Shown here: positions 38,675 through 48,029 of the stretch, piece by piece
How positions within the stretch are numbered: the first letter of the stretch is position 1
Layout: each line of letters begins with the position of its first letter
Source: Deltaproteobacteria bacterium
GTDB taxonomy: Bacteria > Myxococcota_A > UBA9160 > SMWR01
Reading direction: 5' to 3'
NCBI GenBank assembly: GCA_031405455.1
Contig: JANNIY010000058.1
Location: forward strand, 13,517 to 77,516
Length of the DNA: 64,000 bases
Made by a program: the position numbers and the translations under genes
The notes under the pieces: generated by a model
Databases searched by the model: none
Told to the model about the DNA's origin: nothing
Seen by the model: only the letters and a program-made list of their open reading frames with translations

Positions 38675-40066
38675 GTGACACTTGCTGCACTCTCGAGACT
38701 CATCACACCAGGACGTGCCGTCGTCCTGGTCCTCGGCGTGCACCTGATCGCAAAGGTCATCTTCGTCTTCGCGTCCGTGCCGCCTGCGCAAACGGTGGCC
38801 GACATCGGGTTCGGCTTCGGGCCCTATGTAGAGAGCCTCGTGGATCGCGGACGCTTCGAAGCGTGCGGCAGCGGAGTGTGCTCGTACGCGTCGCGCATGC
38901 CGCTCCTCCCGCTCGTCTACGCCGCCCTCGCTCTCGTGTTTGGGAAGGCGTTGCTGCCGGTGGCGGCAGCCAAGGCCGTGCTGCTGTCCGTGATGCTGGG
39001 CGCGGCGGCGCTCTTTGCATGGCGCCGAAGCGAACCCTCATACGGGTTCGCGGCGCTGCTCGCGTTCGTTCTGCTCGGCCCGCAGCCGCTCAAGCACGCG
39101 GCGAATCCCCACTACGAAGAGGGGTTCCTCGTCGAGATGCTCGTCGCCGCGGCGTTGCTGGCTGCGAGCGCAGCGCGCGACAGGGACCCTGATCGTCGTG
39201 CGACGGGGACGCTGGCCGTCGCGTTGGCCGCGCTCTTCAGCGCGGCCGTGCTCGCGAAGTGGTCGATCCTACCGCTGGCGCTCTTTGGTCTCGCGTTTGC
39301 CGTTCAGCGCGCCCGGGGGTTCGTTCGTGTGGCGGTCGTACTGATTCCAGCGGCAGCCTTCGCCGGCTGGGGTTTCCACAATTGGACCACGAGCGGCGAT
39401 TTTCGTTTCGATTCCTCGATGAACGGGGAGAACTTCTGGCGCGGTTTTTCGGCGGAGGCCCGGGCCATCTATCCCGAAGTTTCTTTGGATCGTCTCTTTG
39501 ATTCCGAGGCGATCGAGTTGGCGGATGGAAGTTCGGTGCGTCCGCCGCTCGACCTGATTCGCAGCGCGCCGGTGGAGGAATGGGAGCACGACCGCTACTA
39601 CCGTTCCGCCGCGATGAAGTGGCTTCCCGCGAACCTGGGTGAGTACACCCGTTTCACGGCGGAGCGAATCTGGATCATGCTCTTCGAGATCCGCAATTTT
39701 CCGGAACGCATCTCGGCGAAACGCGACGAGAAACGAGCGGTGGGTGCGGTCGTCGCCGCAGCGGGCGTGGCGTGGATGCTGCTCGCGCGGTTGGCGCTGG
39801 CGGCGCTGATCGTCCGAAGGCTCGCCGCATGGCGTTCAGGCAGGCTCGCCCCGGCCGGACGCGCTCTCTTCCTGGGCGGCCTGGTCGCGGCGGGCTTGTA
39901 CCTCGCACCCTACGTTCTCGTTTTCGGGTACGAGCGCCACGTGGTGCCAGTGATTTGTTTCAGCCTGATCCTGCTGGCGTGGTCGCCGACGCAGGCGTCC
40001 TCGCAGCGAGACGCGGATGCGCGCAGGGGCTTGCGTGATCAGTCGGGCTTGCGGGCGAGCACGTAG
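38675..40066 (+). CDS. polytopic membrane protein (possible GT-C-fold glycosyltransferase or polymerase)
   Basis: 463 aa with about 10 hydrophobic segments, an extracytoplasmic loop after TM1 and a soluble stretch of roughly 100 aa. No definitive motif recognised. Confidence 0.6.
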   Translation: MTLAALSRLITPGRAVVLVLGVHLIAKVIFVFASVPPAQTVADIGFGFGPYVESLVDRGRFEACGSGVCSYASRMPLLPLVYAALALVFGKALLPVAAAKAVLLSVMLGAAALFAWRRSEPSYGFAALLAFVLLGPQPLKHAANPHYEEGFLVEMLVAAALLAASAARDRDPDRRATGTLAVALAALFSAAVLAKWSILPLALFGLAFAVQRARGFVRVAVVLIPAAAFAGWGFHNWTTSGDFRFDSSMNGENFWRGFSAEARAIYPEVSLDRLFDSEAIELADGSSVRPPLDLIRSAPVEEWEHDRYYRSAAMKWLPANLGEYTRFTAERIWIMLFEIRNFPERISAKRDEKRAVGAVVAAAGVAWMLLARLALAALIVRRLAAWRSGRLAPAGRALFLGGLVAAGLYLAPYVLVFGYERHVVPVICFSLILLAWSPTQASSQRDADARRGLRDQSGLRAST

Positions 40067-40932
40067 AGATCGCTGCACAAGGTGGGGAAGGGTCGCAGCG
40101 CGTGATCGATCAGCCGGGCCGCTGCCCGGCGCGGTCCGGCCGCCGGGTAGCCCGCCCAGTTGCGCCCCCAGCTGACCTGTTTCTCGAACCCGAGCTCGCG
40201 CACGAGGCGCACGAGATCTGCAAGCACCGGTTCGCGCACGTGGCCGCGGAACTGGTCCGGGTAGAACCAGTCTTCGAAGCGCGACCAGTTCGAGCGGCCG
40301 AACGGAACCGTGAGCCGCTTGCGCAGGTTGACCGCGTTGGGACCGCTGATCAGCAGCGTGCCGCCGGGCTTGAGCGCGCGATAGGCCTCGGCGAAGACCG
40401 CTCGCGGCGAGTGGTGCCAGTGCTCGAGGCTGTCGAAACAGGTCACCACATCGAGACTCTCGTCTCCGAAGGCCTCTCCCCAGCGCTGGATCGGCGTCTC
40501 GACGACGCGGACGCCGAGCGCGCGATGCAGGCCGATGTCGTCGATTCCGAAGCTGCGGCTCACGGGGTCGCCGAAATCATCGACGAGCCACGTCTCCATC
40601 CCGAGGGCGGCGCAAGCCGGCGTGAAGAGTCCGACCCCGCCTCCCAGGTCGGCCACGGAGGCCCCAGGCTGCAGGATCCGTTCGACGTGCGACGCGATCC
40701 GGGCGGCATCGGCCAGCTGCTCGCTTCGCAATGAAACCGGATAGCGCCGGGCCAGCTGCTGCACCGCGGCGAACGTCGAAGGGGCCGAATCCAGGCTCTG
40801 GATTGCCGAGGAGGCATCCGCGGGGTTCCCGAGCGGCCAGCGCCGGGCCGCCAGCGCGTGCCCGGCGGGGTCGAACCTCGGAATAGGGGTATTGAGGGAC
40901 CCCGGAATAGGGGTTTTGAGCGCTACGGCCAT
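40039..40932 (-). CDS. class I SAM-dependent methyltransferase
   Basis: Motif I VADLGGGVGLF, post-I LVDD, and DVVTCFDSLEHW with LKPGGTLLISGPN. Start at ATG 40932 is uncertain. Its 3' end overlaps the convergent membrane-protein gene by 28 nt. Confidence 0.8.
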   Translation of the reverse strand: MAVALKTPIPGSLNTPIPRFDPAGHALAARRWPLGNPADASSAIQSLDSAPSTFAAVQQLARRYPVSLRSEQLADAARIASHVERILQPGASVADLGGGVGLFTPACAALGMETWLVDDFGDPVSRSFGIDDIGLHRALGVRVVETPIQRWGEAFGDESLDVVTCFDSLEHWHHSPRAVFAEAYRALKPGGTLLISGPNAVNLRKRLTVPFGRSNWSRFEDWFYPDQFRGHVREPVLADLVRLVRELGFEKQVSWGRNWAGYPAAGPRRAAARLIDHALRPFPTLCSDLYVLARKPD

Positions 40933-41068
40933 CGGACGGTTCTCCCGAAGAGAAGGTGTCCGAACCTGTGAATAGGTGTCACGCAATGTGGCTCCCGGAA
41001 AACAGTCCCGACCCTGATTTTTCTGCTTCGGCGTGCCACGCACGCCCCCCTGACGGCCACCCCCTATT
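40879..41068. promoter_or_regulatory. cluster of AATAGGGG-type repeats spanning a divergent promoter region
   Basis: CGGAATAGGGGTATTGAG (40879-40896) and CGGAATAGGGGTTTTGAG (40903-40920) are direct repeats with a 24-bp period and 17/18 identity. GAATAGGTGT lies at 40970-40979. An inverted copy, ACCCCCTATT, lies at 41059-41068. Confidence 0.45.
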
Positions 41069-41111
41069 GCGACTTGAGTCCGCCGGGAAGGGGACTCCCC
41101 GAGGGGAAGAC

Positions 41112-42350
41112 ATGCGCAGAAGGTCGGCAATGCGAGTACTGATCGACGGCACGATGGCGCGTGGCGGTGGTGGGCATACCTACCTCGTCAATATCCTGCC
41201 GCGCCTGGCGGCCCTCGCGCGCAATACCCAGCTCCGGGTTCTCGTACGCAGCGAACGGCTGGCCGCGGCGATCCAACCCGCTCGCAACCTCGAAGTCGAC
41301 CTGCTGCCGGAAGTCGGCATGGCCGGCCGCTTGCGTTTCACGTTCCAGGAGGCGGCGCGAGTCGCTCGCGCCTGGGATGCGGATCTGTATTTCTCGGCCG
41401 GCGAGACGGCCCCGCTCTCGGCGCCGTGCCCGACGATCGCGAGCTTTCGCAACCCGAACGTGTTCTCGACGCTCGACCAGGGCTGGTCGCTGCGCGATCG
41501 CCTGCGTCTGCGGGCGCTGCGCGATCTCTCGCGGCTCTCGGCGCGCGCCTGCGACCGGATCCTCTTCGTGAGCCAGGACTCCGCCGACTGGATCGGCGAC
41601 GCGATTGGCCTCGCGCCCCAGAAGCGCGCCGTCGTGCACCACGGCATCGATCACACGGCCTGGGCGGCGACGCCGAAGCGGGCCGTGCACCCGTGGCCCT
41701 ACATCCTCTCGGTCAGTTCCATCTACCGCTACAAGAACTTCGTCAAACTGATCGAGGCCTACGCGCTGCTCGCGAAGCGCCGCCGCGACATCCCGGATCT
41801 GGTGATCGTGGGTGACGATCAGGATCCCGAATACGCGCGCAAGATGGAGGCGGCTCGCGTCGCCACGCATTCGCTCGCCGAGCACATTCACATCCTCGGC
41901 GAGATTCCGTACGCGGACGTGCCGGCCTGGTATGCGGGCGCCGAGCTCTTCGTGTTCCCGTCGTACCTCGAGACGTTTGGCCACCCGCTGCTCGAGGCGA
42001 TGGCCAGCAACGTGCCGGTCGTCGCAGCCGACATCCCGGTCTTTCGCGAGATCGGCGGCGATGCCGCGTTCTATGCCGATCCGCACAGCGCGCAGGCGCT
42101 GGCGGGAGCGATGGACGATGCCCTGTTCGCGGCGCTCTCACGCGAGATGCTGATCAAGCGCGGGCGCGAGCGCGTGCGCGAATTCAGCTGGGAGCGTTCG
42201 GCCGAGCGGCTCATCACGTTGTTCAGCGACGTGCACGAGACGAACCTGGCCGCGAAGCTCCGATCGCACGAGACTCGGGCGCGCCGCGCCGCGGGCCTCT
42301 ACCCGGCGCCCAGGACGGCCAACGCGAACGCCCGCGTGGCGCTCGGCTGA
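41112..42350 (+). CDS. glycosyltransferase family 4
   Basis: GT-B fold with SSIYRYKN, FVFPSYLETFGHPLLEAMASNVPVVAADIPVFREIGGDAAFY. Alternative ATG start at 41130. Confidence 0.88.
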   Translation: MRRRSAMRVLIDGTMARGGGGHTYLVNILPRLAALARNTQLRVLVRSERLAAAIQPARNLEVDLLPEVGMAGRLRFTFQEAARVARAWDADLYFSAGETAPLSAPCPTIASFRNPNVFSTLDQGWSLRDRLRLRALRDLSRLSARACDRILFVSQDSADWIGDAIGLAPQKRAVVHHGIDHTAWAATPKRAVHPWPYILSVSSIYRYKNFVKLIEAYALLAKRRRDIPDLVIVGDDQDPEYARKMEAARVATHSLAEHIHILGEIPYADVPAWYAGAELFVFPSYLETFGHPLLEAMASNVPVVAADIPVFREIGGDAAFYADPHSAQALAGAMDDALFAALSREMLIKRGRERVREFSWERSAERLITLFSDVHETNLAAKLRSHETRARRAAGLYPAPRTANANARVALG

Positions 42351-42430
42351 TCCCACCGCGGAGCCCGACGCGCGCGCGCGGCGTGTAGACGCGCGCTCGG
42401 GACGCCAGCGTCGCGCTATGCTGCCTGTCC

Positions 42431-43591
42431 GTGTCGCGCCGCCGGGTCCTGGTCAATACGCTTTCGCTCACCCACGGCGGTGGCCGGAGCTACGTCATCA
42501 ACCTGCTGCGTGAGCTCGACCGCGATTCCCGCGGCTTCGAATTCAGCGTGCTCGCGGCGTCTGGCCAGCTTTCGGAGGCCGAGACCCGGGGGCTGAACGT
42601 CACGAACGCGCGGCTGCCCTCGCCGCACGCCTCCGCGCGCGTCCTGTTCCGCGTGTTGTACGAGGAGACGCTGCTGCCCCTGCGAGCCGCGCGTTTCGAT
42701 CTGCTCTACTGCCTGGCCGATCTGGCGCCTGCCGTGCACCTGGTTCCGACCGTCGTCGCGCTGCGCAACCTCAACATCTATGACCGGCGCTTCTACGACA
42801 CGGCGCGGCTTCGCATTCTCGAGCGCATGGTGCGCCTGGGCCTGCGGCGCGCGGACCGTGTGGTCTTTCCCTCGCGCGCAGCGGCGGATTTGATCACGAA
42901 GCGGATTCCGATCGCCCCGGAACGCATCGCGGTGATTCCCCACGGCATCTCGCGCGATGCCTTTCGCGACGATCCGGCGCCGCTGGCAGCAGACACGCCG
43001 CCCTACTTGTTCTTGCCAGCGGCGCTCGAGCGCCACAAGAACATCCCCGTGCTTCTCGAGTGCCTCGCGCACGTCGAAGATCGGCGGCTCCAAGTGTGGA
43101 TTGCCGGCGGCTCGGAGACGGACCCCGCGTGCAAAGCCGAGCTGCTCCGGGTCGTTGAGAGTCTGCGTCTGGAGACGCGCGTGCGTTTCCTCGGCCAGGT
43201 TCCGTATGCCGAGATCCTTCGCTACTACCGCGGCGCGGTGGCGCTCGTCTTTCCCTCGTTGATCGAGACCTTTGGCCACCCGCTGCTCGAGGCGATGCTG
43301 GCGGGTACGCCGATCATTGCAGCCGACATCCCGTCGTTCCGCGAGATCGCAGGCGACGCGGCGCTCTACTTCTCGCCACGCGATCCGGTGCGGCTCGCAC
43401 AGACCGTCGACGCGATGCGCCGCGATCCGGAGGCGACGCAAGCGCGTGTCGAGCGGGGACGGCAGCGGGCGCAAGCGTTTTCCTGGTCGCGCAGCACCGA
43501 CGAACTCTGCGGCGTGTTCGAGGAAGTCCTCGGCGCGCACCGCGCCGGCGCCGCAGCGCAGCCGCCGCCGGCCGCGAACGAGCCGCTCTGA
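42431..43591 (+). CDS. glycosyltransferase family 4 (paralog of the preceding gene)
   Basis: LVFPSLIETFGHPLLEAMLAGTPIIAADIPSFREIAGDAALYF is almost the same C-terminal block as in 41112..42350. GTG start. Confidence 0.88.
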   Translation: MSRRRVLVNTLSLTHGGGRSYVINLLRELDRDSRGFEFSVLAASGQLSEAETRGLNVTNARLPSPHASARVLFRVLYEETLLPLRAARFDLLYCLADLAPAVHLVPTVVALRNLNIYDRRFYDTARLRILERMVRLGLRRADRVVFPSRAAADLITKRIPIAPERIAVIPHGISRDAFRDDPAPLAADTPPYLFLPAALERHKNIPVLLECLAHVEDRRLQVWIAGGSETDPACKAELLRVVESLRLETRVRFLGQVPYAEILRYYRGAVALVFPSLIETFGHPLLEAMLAGTPIIAADIPSFREIAGDAALYFSPRDPVRLAQTVDAMRRDPEATQARVERGRQRAQAFSWSRSTDELCGVFEEVLGAHRAGAAAQPPPAANEPL

Positions 43592-43667
43592 GGGCCCGCG
43601 TTTCCACGGCAGCCTATACTGCCACCCGGGGCGTGGGCGGGCCGTCGCGGTGCCCCGCAAGGGGCGG

Positions 43668-43889
43668 ATGAGCGAGATCTCCCGACATCTGAAGCCGACG
43701 GATCGCGAGATTCTCGCGCTCGCGCGGCGCGAGACCGACGTGCGCGAGGTCGCCCGCTTCGAGCCGATCAGCCGGGGGCCGCTGTTCGCGATGATTGCGA
43801 TCCCGCTGGTCGTCCTGGCGGCGCTGCCTGCCTGCCTGCTGAGGCTGATCCGGGGCTTGCTCGCACGCGATTCCGGCAACGCCGGGTGA
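43668..43889 (+). CDS. small single-pass membrane protein, hypothetical
   Basis: 73 aa with AAGGGGCGG ahead of the ATG and one TM segment (LFAMIAIPLVVLAALPACLL). Its stop overlaps the GTG start of the flavoprotein gene (GTGA). Confidence 0.5.
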   Translation: MSEISRHLKPTDREILALARRETDVREVARFEPISRGPLFAMIAIPLVVLAALPACLLRLIRGLLARDSGNAG

Positions 43890-45517
43890 GCGAGCGCTGG
43901 GACGTCGCCGTGGTCGGCTCGGGACCGAGCGGCAGCCTCGCGGCAGCGCGACTCGTCGAGGCCGGCGCGCGCGTGTTGATGCTCGACGTCGGCCACACGG
44001 ACGACCATTACCGTTCGCTGATTCCGGATCGCAGCTTCGAGGAGATCCGCCGCAGCGATCCCGACCAGCGCCGCTACTTCCTCGGCGAACAGATGGAAGG
44101 CGTGCCGGTGCACGGCGTGCGGGTCGGCGCCCAGCTGACGCCGCCGCGCCAGTTCGTGACCCGCGATACCGAAGCCTACCTGCCGACGAGCGGGGAGGGC
44201 TTCGAGCCGATGCAGAGCCTCGCCCTCGGCGGTCTCGGCGCCGCCTGGGGAGCCGCTGCCTTCACCTACACCGATGCCGAGCTCGAACGCATCGGCATCT
44301 TCGAGCCGGGCTTCGCGCGTCACTACGATGAAGTGGCGCGCCGCATCGGCGTGAGCGGCGATCCGGACGACGACGCCTCGCGAAACGGCTTTGCCGGCGT
44401 CGCGCAGACACAGCCGCCGCTCGAGCTCGATTCCGTCGCTCGCAGCATCTGGGAAAGCTACCAGGCGCGCCGTTCGGATTTTCTGCGGCGCGGTTTCTCG
44501 CTCGGGCGGACGCCGCTCGCGATCCTGTCGCGCGATCTCGGCGAGCGGCGCGCGAACCCCTATTTCGACATGGATTTCTGGGGAGATTCGCGCCGTTCCG
44601 TTTTCCGGCCCCGGTACCTGGTGGAGGAACTCGAGAAAGATTCGAATTTCAAGCTCGAGCGACAGCAGCTCGTGCTCGGCTTCGAAAGCGAGGCGGAGGG
44701 CGTCCGGATCGACTGTCGGAACCTGGCGAGCGGAGAGCGCGCCGCCTTCCGCGCGCGGCGACTCGTGCTCTGCGCCGGCGCCATCAATTCGGCGCGCATC
44801 GCGCTCGCCTCGCTGCGGCTCGCGGACGTCGCGGTGCCGATGCTGTGCAACCCCTACCTCTACATGCCTTGCATTGCGCTGCGCAGGCTCGGACGCAAGG
44901 CGGAGGATCGGCGTCACAGCCTCTCGCAGCTCGTCGCAATCTGCGCGCCGCAGGATGCACCCGACGACGTCGTCTCGGCCCAGTTCTACGGCTACCGCTC
45001 ACTGCTGCTCTTCAAGCTCGTCAAGGAGATTCCGCTGCCGGCCTGGGCGGGGCTCCAGATCGCGCGCCTCGTCGTGAGCAGCCTCGCGATCGTCGGCATC
45101 CATCACTCGGATGCGCCGCATCCCGGCAAGACGCTGCGAATCCTGTCGCATGCGGCGGATGCGCTGCCCGAAGTGCGGATCGACTTCCGACCGACCGACG
45201 CGGAGCGATCGGTCCGGCACCGCCGCGAGGGCGTGCTCATGCGACAGCTCCTGCGCCTCGGCGTCGTGCCCTACGCAAAGCTCTCGCCGGGTTTGGCTTC
45301 GAGCATTCACTACGCCGGGACGCTCCCCGTTCGCGCGACGCACGAACTGCCGTTCGCCAGTCGGCGAGATGGGCGCCTCTGGGCGGCGCCGCACGTTTAC
45401 GTTGGCGACAGCGCGGGTTGGTGCTTCCTGCCGGCGAAGGGGCTCACCTACACGATCATGGCCAACGCGCGGCGCGTGGCGGAACACGTCCTGCGCGATC
45501 TCGGGCTGCGCGTGTGA
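43886..45517 (+). CDS. GMC-type FAD-dependent oxidoreductase
   Basis: N-terminal dinucleotide fold WDVAVVGSGPSGSLAAARLVEAGARVLMLDVG, a second ADP-binding block RRLVLCAGAINSARI, and a C-terminal GMC-like VYVGDSAG segment. Confidence 0.78.
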   Translation: MSERWDVAVVGSGPSGSLAAARLVEAGARVLMLDVGHTDDHYRSLIPDRSFEEIRRSDPDQRRYFLGEQMEGVPVHGVRVGAQLTPPRQFVTRDTEAYLPTSGEGFEPMQSLALGGLGAAWGAAAFTYTDAELERIGIFEPGFARHYDEVARRIGVSGDPDDDASRNGFAGVAQTQPPLELDSVARSIWESYQARRSDFLRRGFSLGRTPLAILSRDLGERRANPYFDMDFWGDSRRSVFRPRYLVEELEKDSNFKLERQQLVLGFESEAEGVRIDCRNLASGERAAFRARRLVLCAGAINSARIALASLRLADVAVPMLCNPYLYMPCIALRRLGRKAEDRRHSLSQLVAICAPQDAPDDVVSAQFYGYRSLLLFKLVKEIPLPAWAGLQIARLVVSSLAIVGIHHSDAPHPGKTLRILSHAADALPEVRIDFRPTDAERSVRHRREGVLMRQLLRLGVVPYAKLSPGLASSIHYAGTLPVRATHELPFASRRDGRLWAAPHVYVGDSAGWCFLPAKGLTYTIMANARRVAEHVLRDLGLRV

Positions 45518-46410
45518 GCGCAGGCCGGACGATCGCGGTCTCCGGGGCGGGGGGCTTCCTGGGCTCGGCGCTGTGCCGGCATCTGGCGGCGCATGGCTTC
45601 ACGGTGCGGGCGCTGGCGCGGGATCCAGCCCGGCGGCCCCATGGGCTCGAGTCGCTCGCCTGGGTTCGCTGCGGGCTTCCGGACGCCATCGACCCGCGGG
45701 CCTTCGAGTCCGTCGACGTCTTCGTCCACTGCGCCTACGAGACCCGCTTCCGCAGCCAGGCGCAGGCGCGCGCGGTGAACGTGGGGGGATCCGAACGGCT
45801 GTTCCGGATCGCCCGCGAGCACGGGGTTCGCAAGCTCGTCTTCGTTTCTTCGATGTCGGCGCATGCGGACGCGCTTTCGCTCTACGGGCGCACGAAGCTC
45901 GAGGTCGAGGCGCTGCTCGATCCGGCGCGGGACCTCGCGGTGCGGCCAGGGCACATCCTGGGCGAAGGGGGCGTCTTCTGGCGGACGGCGGCCTCGATCG
46001 CCGCACTTCCGTTCATTCCGCTCTTCTCGAAGGGGGATGAGCGCGTGCAGACGATCCACGTGGACGACGTATGCGAAGGCATCCGCCGCGCGATCGAGCG
46101 CGACTGCTCGGGGACGCTTCTGCTGTCCGAGCGCGATCCGGTCGCGCTGCGGGAGTTCTACGCAGCGATTGCGCAGGCGCTCGGAAAATCGCCCCGGTTC
46201 CTGCGGGTTCCGGGCGGCCTTGCGCTCTTCCTGCTGCAGGCGGTCGAAGGGCTCGGCTTTTCTCTGCCCGTTTCGAGTGATAATTTGCTGGGTCTGAAGC
46301 GCTTGCGTGCCTTCGATGTGGCTGGGGATCTGCGCAGGATCGACCTGCGTCCCCGAACGATGCGTGAATCCCTCGCGGAGATCCGGTGGAACGGCCTCGC
46401 TCGAAAGTAA
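45514..46410 (+). CDS. NAD(P)-dependent epimerase/reductase (SDR)
   Basis: IAVSGAGGFLGSAL Rossmann motif and YGRTK, the catalytic Y-x3-K. GTGA overlap with the flavoprotein gene. Confidence 0.85.
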   Translation: MSAGRTIAVSGAGGFLGSALCRHLAAHGFTVRALARDPARRPHGLESLAWVRCGLPDAIDPRAFESVDVFVHCAYETRFRSQAQARAVNVGGSERLFRIAREHGVRKLVFVSSMSAHADALSLYGRTKLEVEALLDPARDLAVRPGHILGEGGVFWRTAASIAALPFIPLFSKGDERVQTIHVDDVCEGIRRAIERDCSGTLLLSERDPVALREFYAAIAQALGKSPRFLRVPGGLALFLLQAVEGLGFSLPVSSDNLLGLKRLRAFDVAGDLRRIDLRPRTMRESLAEIRWNGLARK

Positions 46411-47162
46411 GCGTCGTGATCCCCGTGTACAACGAGGCGCCCGCCGTCGCGGAGCTGCTTCGGCGCGTGTGCAAGGCTCCGCTGCCCGATGGTTTCGAAA
46501 TGGAAGTGGTGGTGGTCGACGATGGCTCGACCGACCGCACGATGGCGACCATCCGCGAGTTCCTCGCGGAGCACTCCGAATACGCCGGCCGCCTCAAGAT
46601 CCACGAGAACCTGATCAATCACGGCAAGGGCGCGGCGCTGCGCGCGGGCTTCAAGATCGCCGCGGGCGACATCATCCTGGTGCAGGACGGCGATCTCGAG
46701 TATTCGCCCGCCGACTACACGAACCTGCTCGAGCCGTTCCGCGATTCCGAGGTGCAGGTGGTGTACGGCTCGCGCTTTCTGCGCGGCATTCCGAAGGGCA
46801 TGAAGCTGCGTAATCTGGTCGCGAATCTCGTGCTGTCGGCGGTCGCGACGGTCCTCTACGGCCAGCGCGTCACCGACGAGGCGACCGGCTACAAGGTCTT
46901 CCGTCGCAGTGTGCTCGATCACTTCGCGCTCAGCTGCCGGCGCTTTGAATTCTGCCCCGAGTTTACCGGGAACGTGTTGAAGGCCGGCTTCCGGATCCAC
47001 GAGATTCCGATCAGCTACGAGCCCCGTGGCATCCTCGAGGGCAAGAAGATCAAGGCCTCCGATGGCTTCGTGGCGATTCGTTGGCTGTTCGCGATCTGGT
47101 TCCGCGAGACCTTCCGCGGCCGCCGCGTCCCGAAGTCTTCGACGCCTCCGGCCTCGCGCTGA
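46386..47162 (+). CDS. GT2 glycosyltransferase, polyprenyl-phosphate sugar synthase type (DPM1/GtrB-like catalytic domain)
   Basis: VSVVIPVYNE, VVVVDDGSTDRT, NHGKGAALRAGF and QDGDLEYSP (DxD). 258 aa with no C-terminal TM helices. Confidence 0.85.
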   Translation: MERPRSKVSVVIPVYNEAPAVAELLRRVCKAPLPDGFEMEVVVVDDGSTDRTMATIREFLAEHSEYAGRLKIHENLINHGKGAALRAGFKIAAGDIILVQDGDLEYSPADYTNLLEPFRDSEVQVVYGSRFLRGIPKGMKLRNLVANLVLSAVATVLYGQRVTDEATGYKVFRRSVLDHFALSCRRFEFCPEFTGNVLKAGFRIHEIPISYEPRGILEGKKIKASDGFVAIRWLFAIWFRETFRGRRVPKSSTPPASR

Positions 47163-47950
47163 TGGCGTTTCTCGAGGAGCCGCTGTTGCGCGGCGCCGTT
47201 CCCGGGACGCGCCAGTTCTTCGAGCTCCAGCATCGCATCATCGCGGAACGGCCGCTGCTGCGCGGGATCTACGAGCAGTGGTACCGCGCGCTGCTCGCAG
47301 ACGAGGCCAGCGTGCCCGGGAATCCCGACGACGGCGCGCTCCTCGAGTTGGGGAGCGGTGGCTCGCTGCTTCGCGAGGCGTGTCCGCGCGTGATCACGTC
47401 GGATCTCGTCGCCGGCGTCGCCGATCGCGTGATCGACGGCCGCCAGCTGCCGTTCCCCGACGCGTCGCTGCGCGCGCTCTTCCTGACACACGTGTTCCAC
47501 CACATCCCCGACGTCGAGCAGTTCTTGCGCGAGGCCGAGCGCGTGCTCGTGCCGGGCGGCGTGATCGCGATGATCGACGTGCCGCACACCCCGTTCGCCC
47601 GTTTCTTCTTCCAGCATTTTCATCCCGAGCCCTACGACGACTGCGCCCCGGCCTGGGCCTTCGACCAGTCCGACGCCATGCTCGACGCGAACCAGGCGCT
47701 CACCTGGATCGTCTTCTTCCGCGACCGCGATCGCTTCGAGCGCCTGTTCCCCGGACTCCAGATCGACCCGCCTGGCTTCCTGCCCTGGCTCAGCTACCTC
47801 GCTTCGGGCGGCGTCACGCGGCGCAACCTCGTGCCCAGCTTCCTGGTGCCGGTCTTTCGCGCCTTCGATCGGCTGCTCAAGCCGCTCGATCCGTGGTTGG
47901 CGTTGCACTGGCACCTGACGGTTCGCAAGCGCCCTCCCGCCGGAGGCTGA
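47162..47950 (+). CDS. class I SAM-dependent methyltransferase
   Basis: LLELGSGGSLL (motif I), ITSD, FLTHVFHHIPD and LVPGGVIAMID. The ATG overlaps the GT2 stop (TGATG). Confidence 0.8.
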   Translation: MAFLEEPLLRGAVPGTRQFFELQHRIIAERPLLRGIYEQWYRALLADEASVPGNPDDGALLELGSGGSLLREACPRVITSDLVAGVADRVIDGRQLPFPDASLRALFLTHVFHHIPDVEQFLREAERVLVPGGVIAMIDVPHTPFARFFFQHFHPEPYDDCAPAWAFDQSDAMLDANQALTWIVFFRDRDRFERLFPGLQIDPPGFLPWLSYLASGGVTRRNLVPSFLVPVFRAFDRLLKPLDPWLALHWHLTVRKRPPAGG

Positions 47951-48029
47951 CCCCATCGCACGGCCCCGCGGGTGATGCTGTGTGGGGCACTCTTGGTAGA
48001 ATGCCGCGTCTTCGCTGCCTGGGGGGCCG

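Noticed and set aside
41030-41045. Minus-strand TGGCACGCCGAAGCA, about 100 bp upstream of the methyltransferase start. It looks like a sigma-54 -24 box.
   Set aside because: The GG to GC spacing is N9, not the invariant N10, and the -12 region (AAGCA) is poor.
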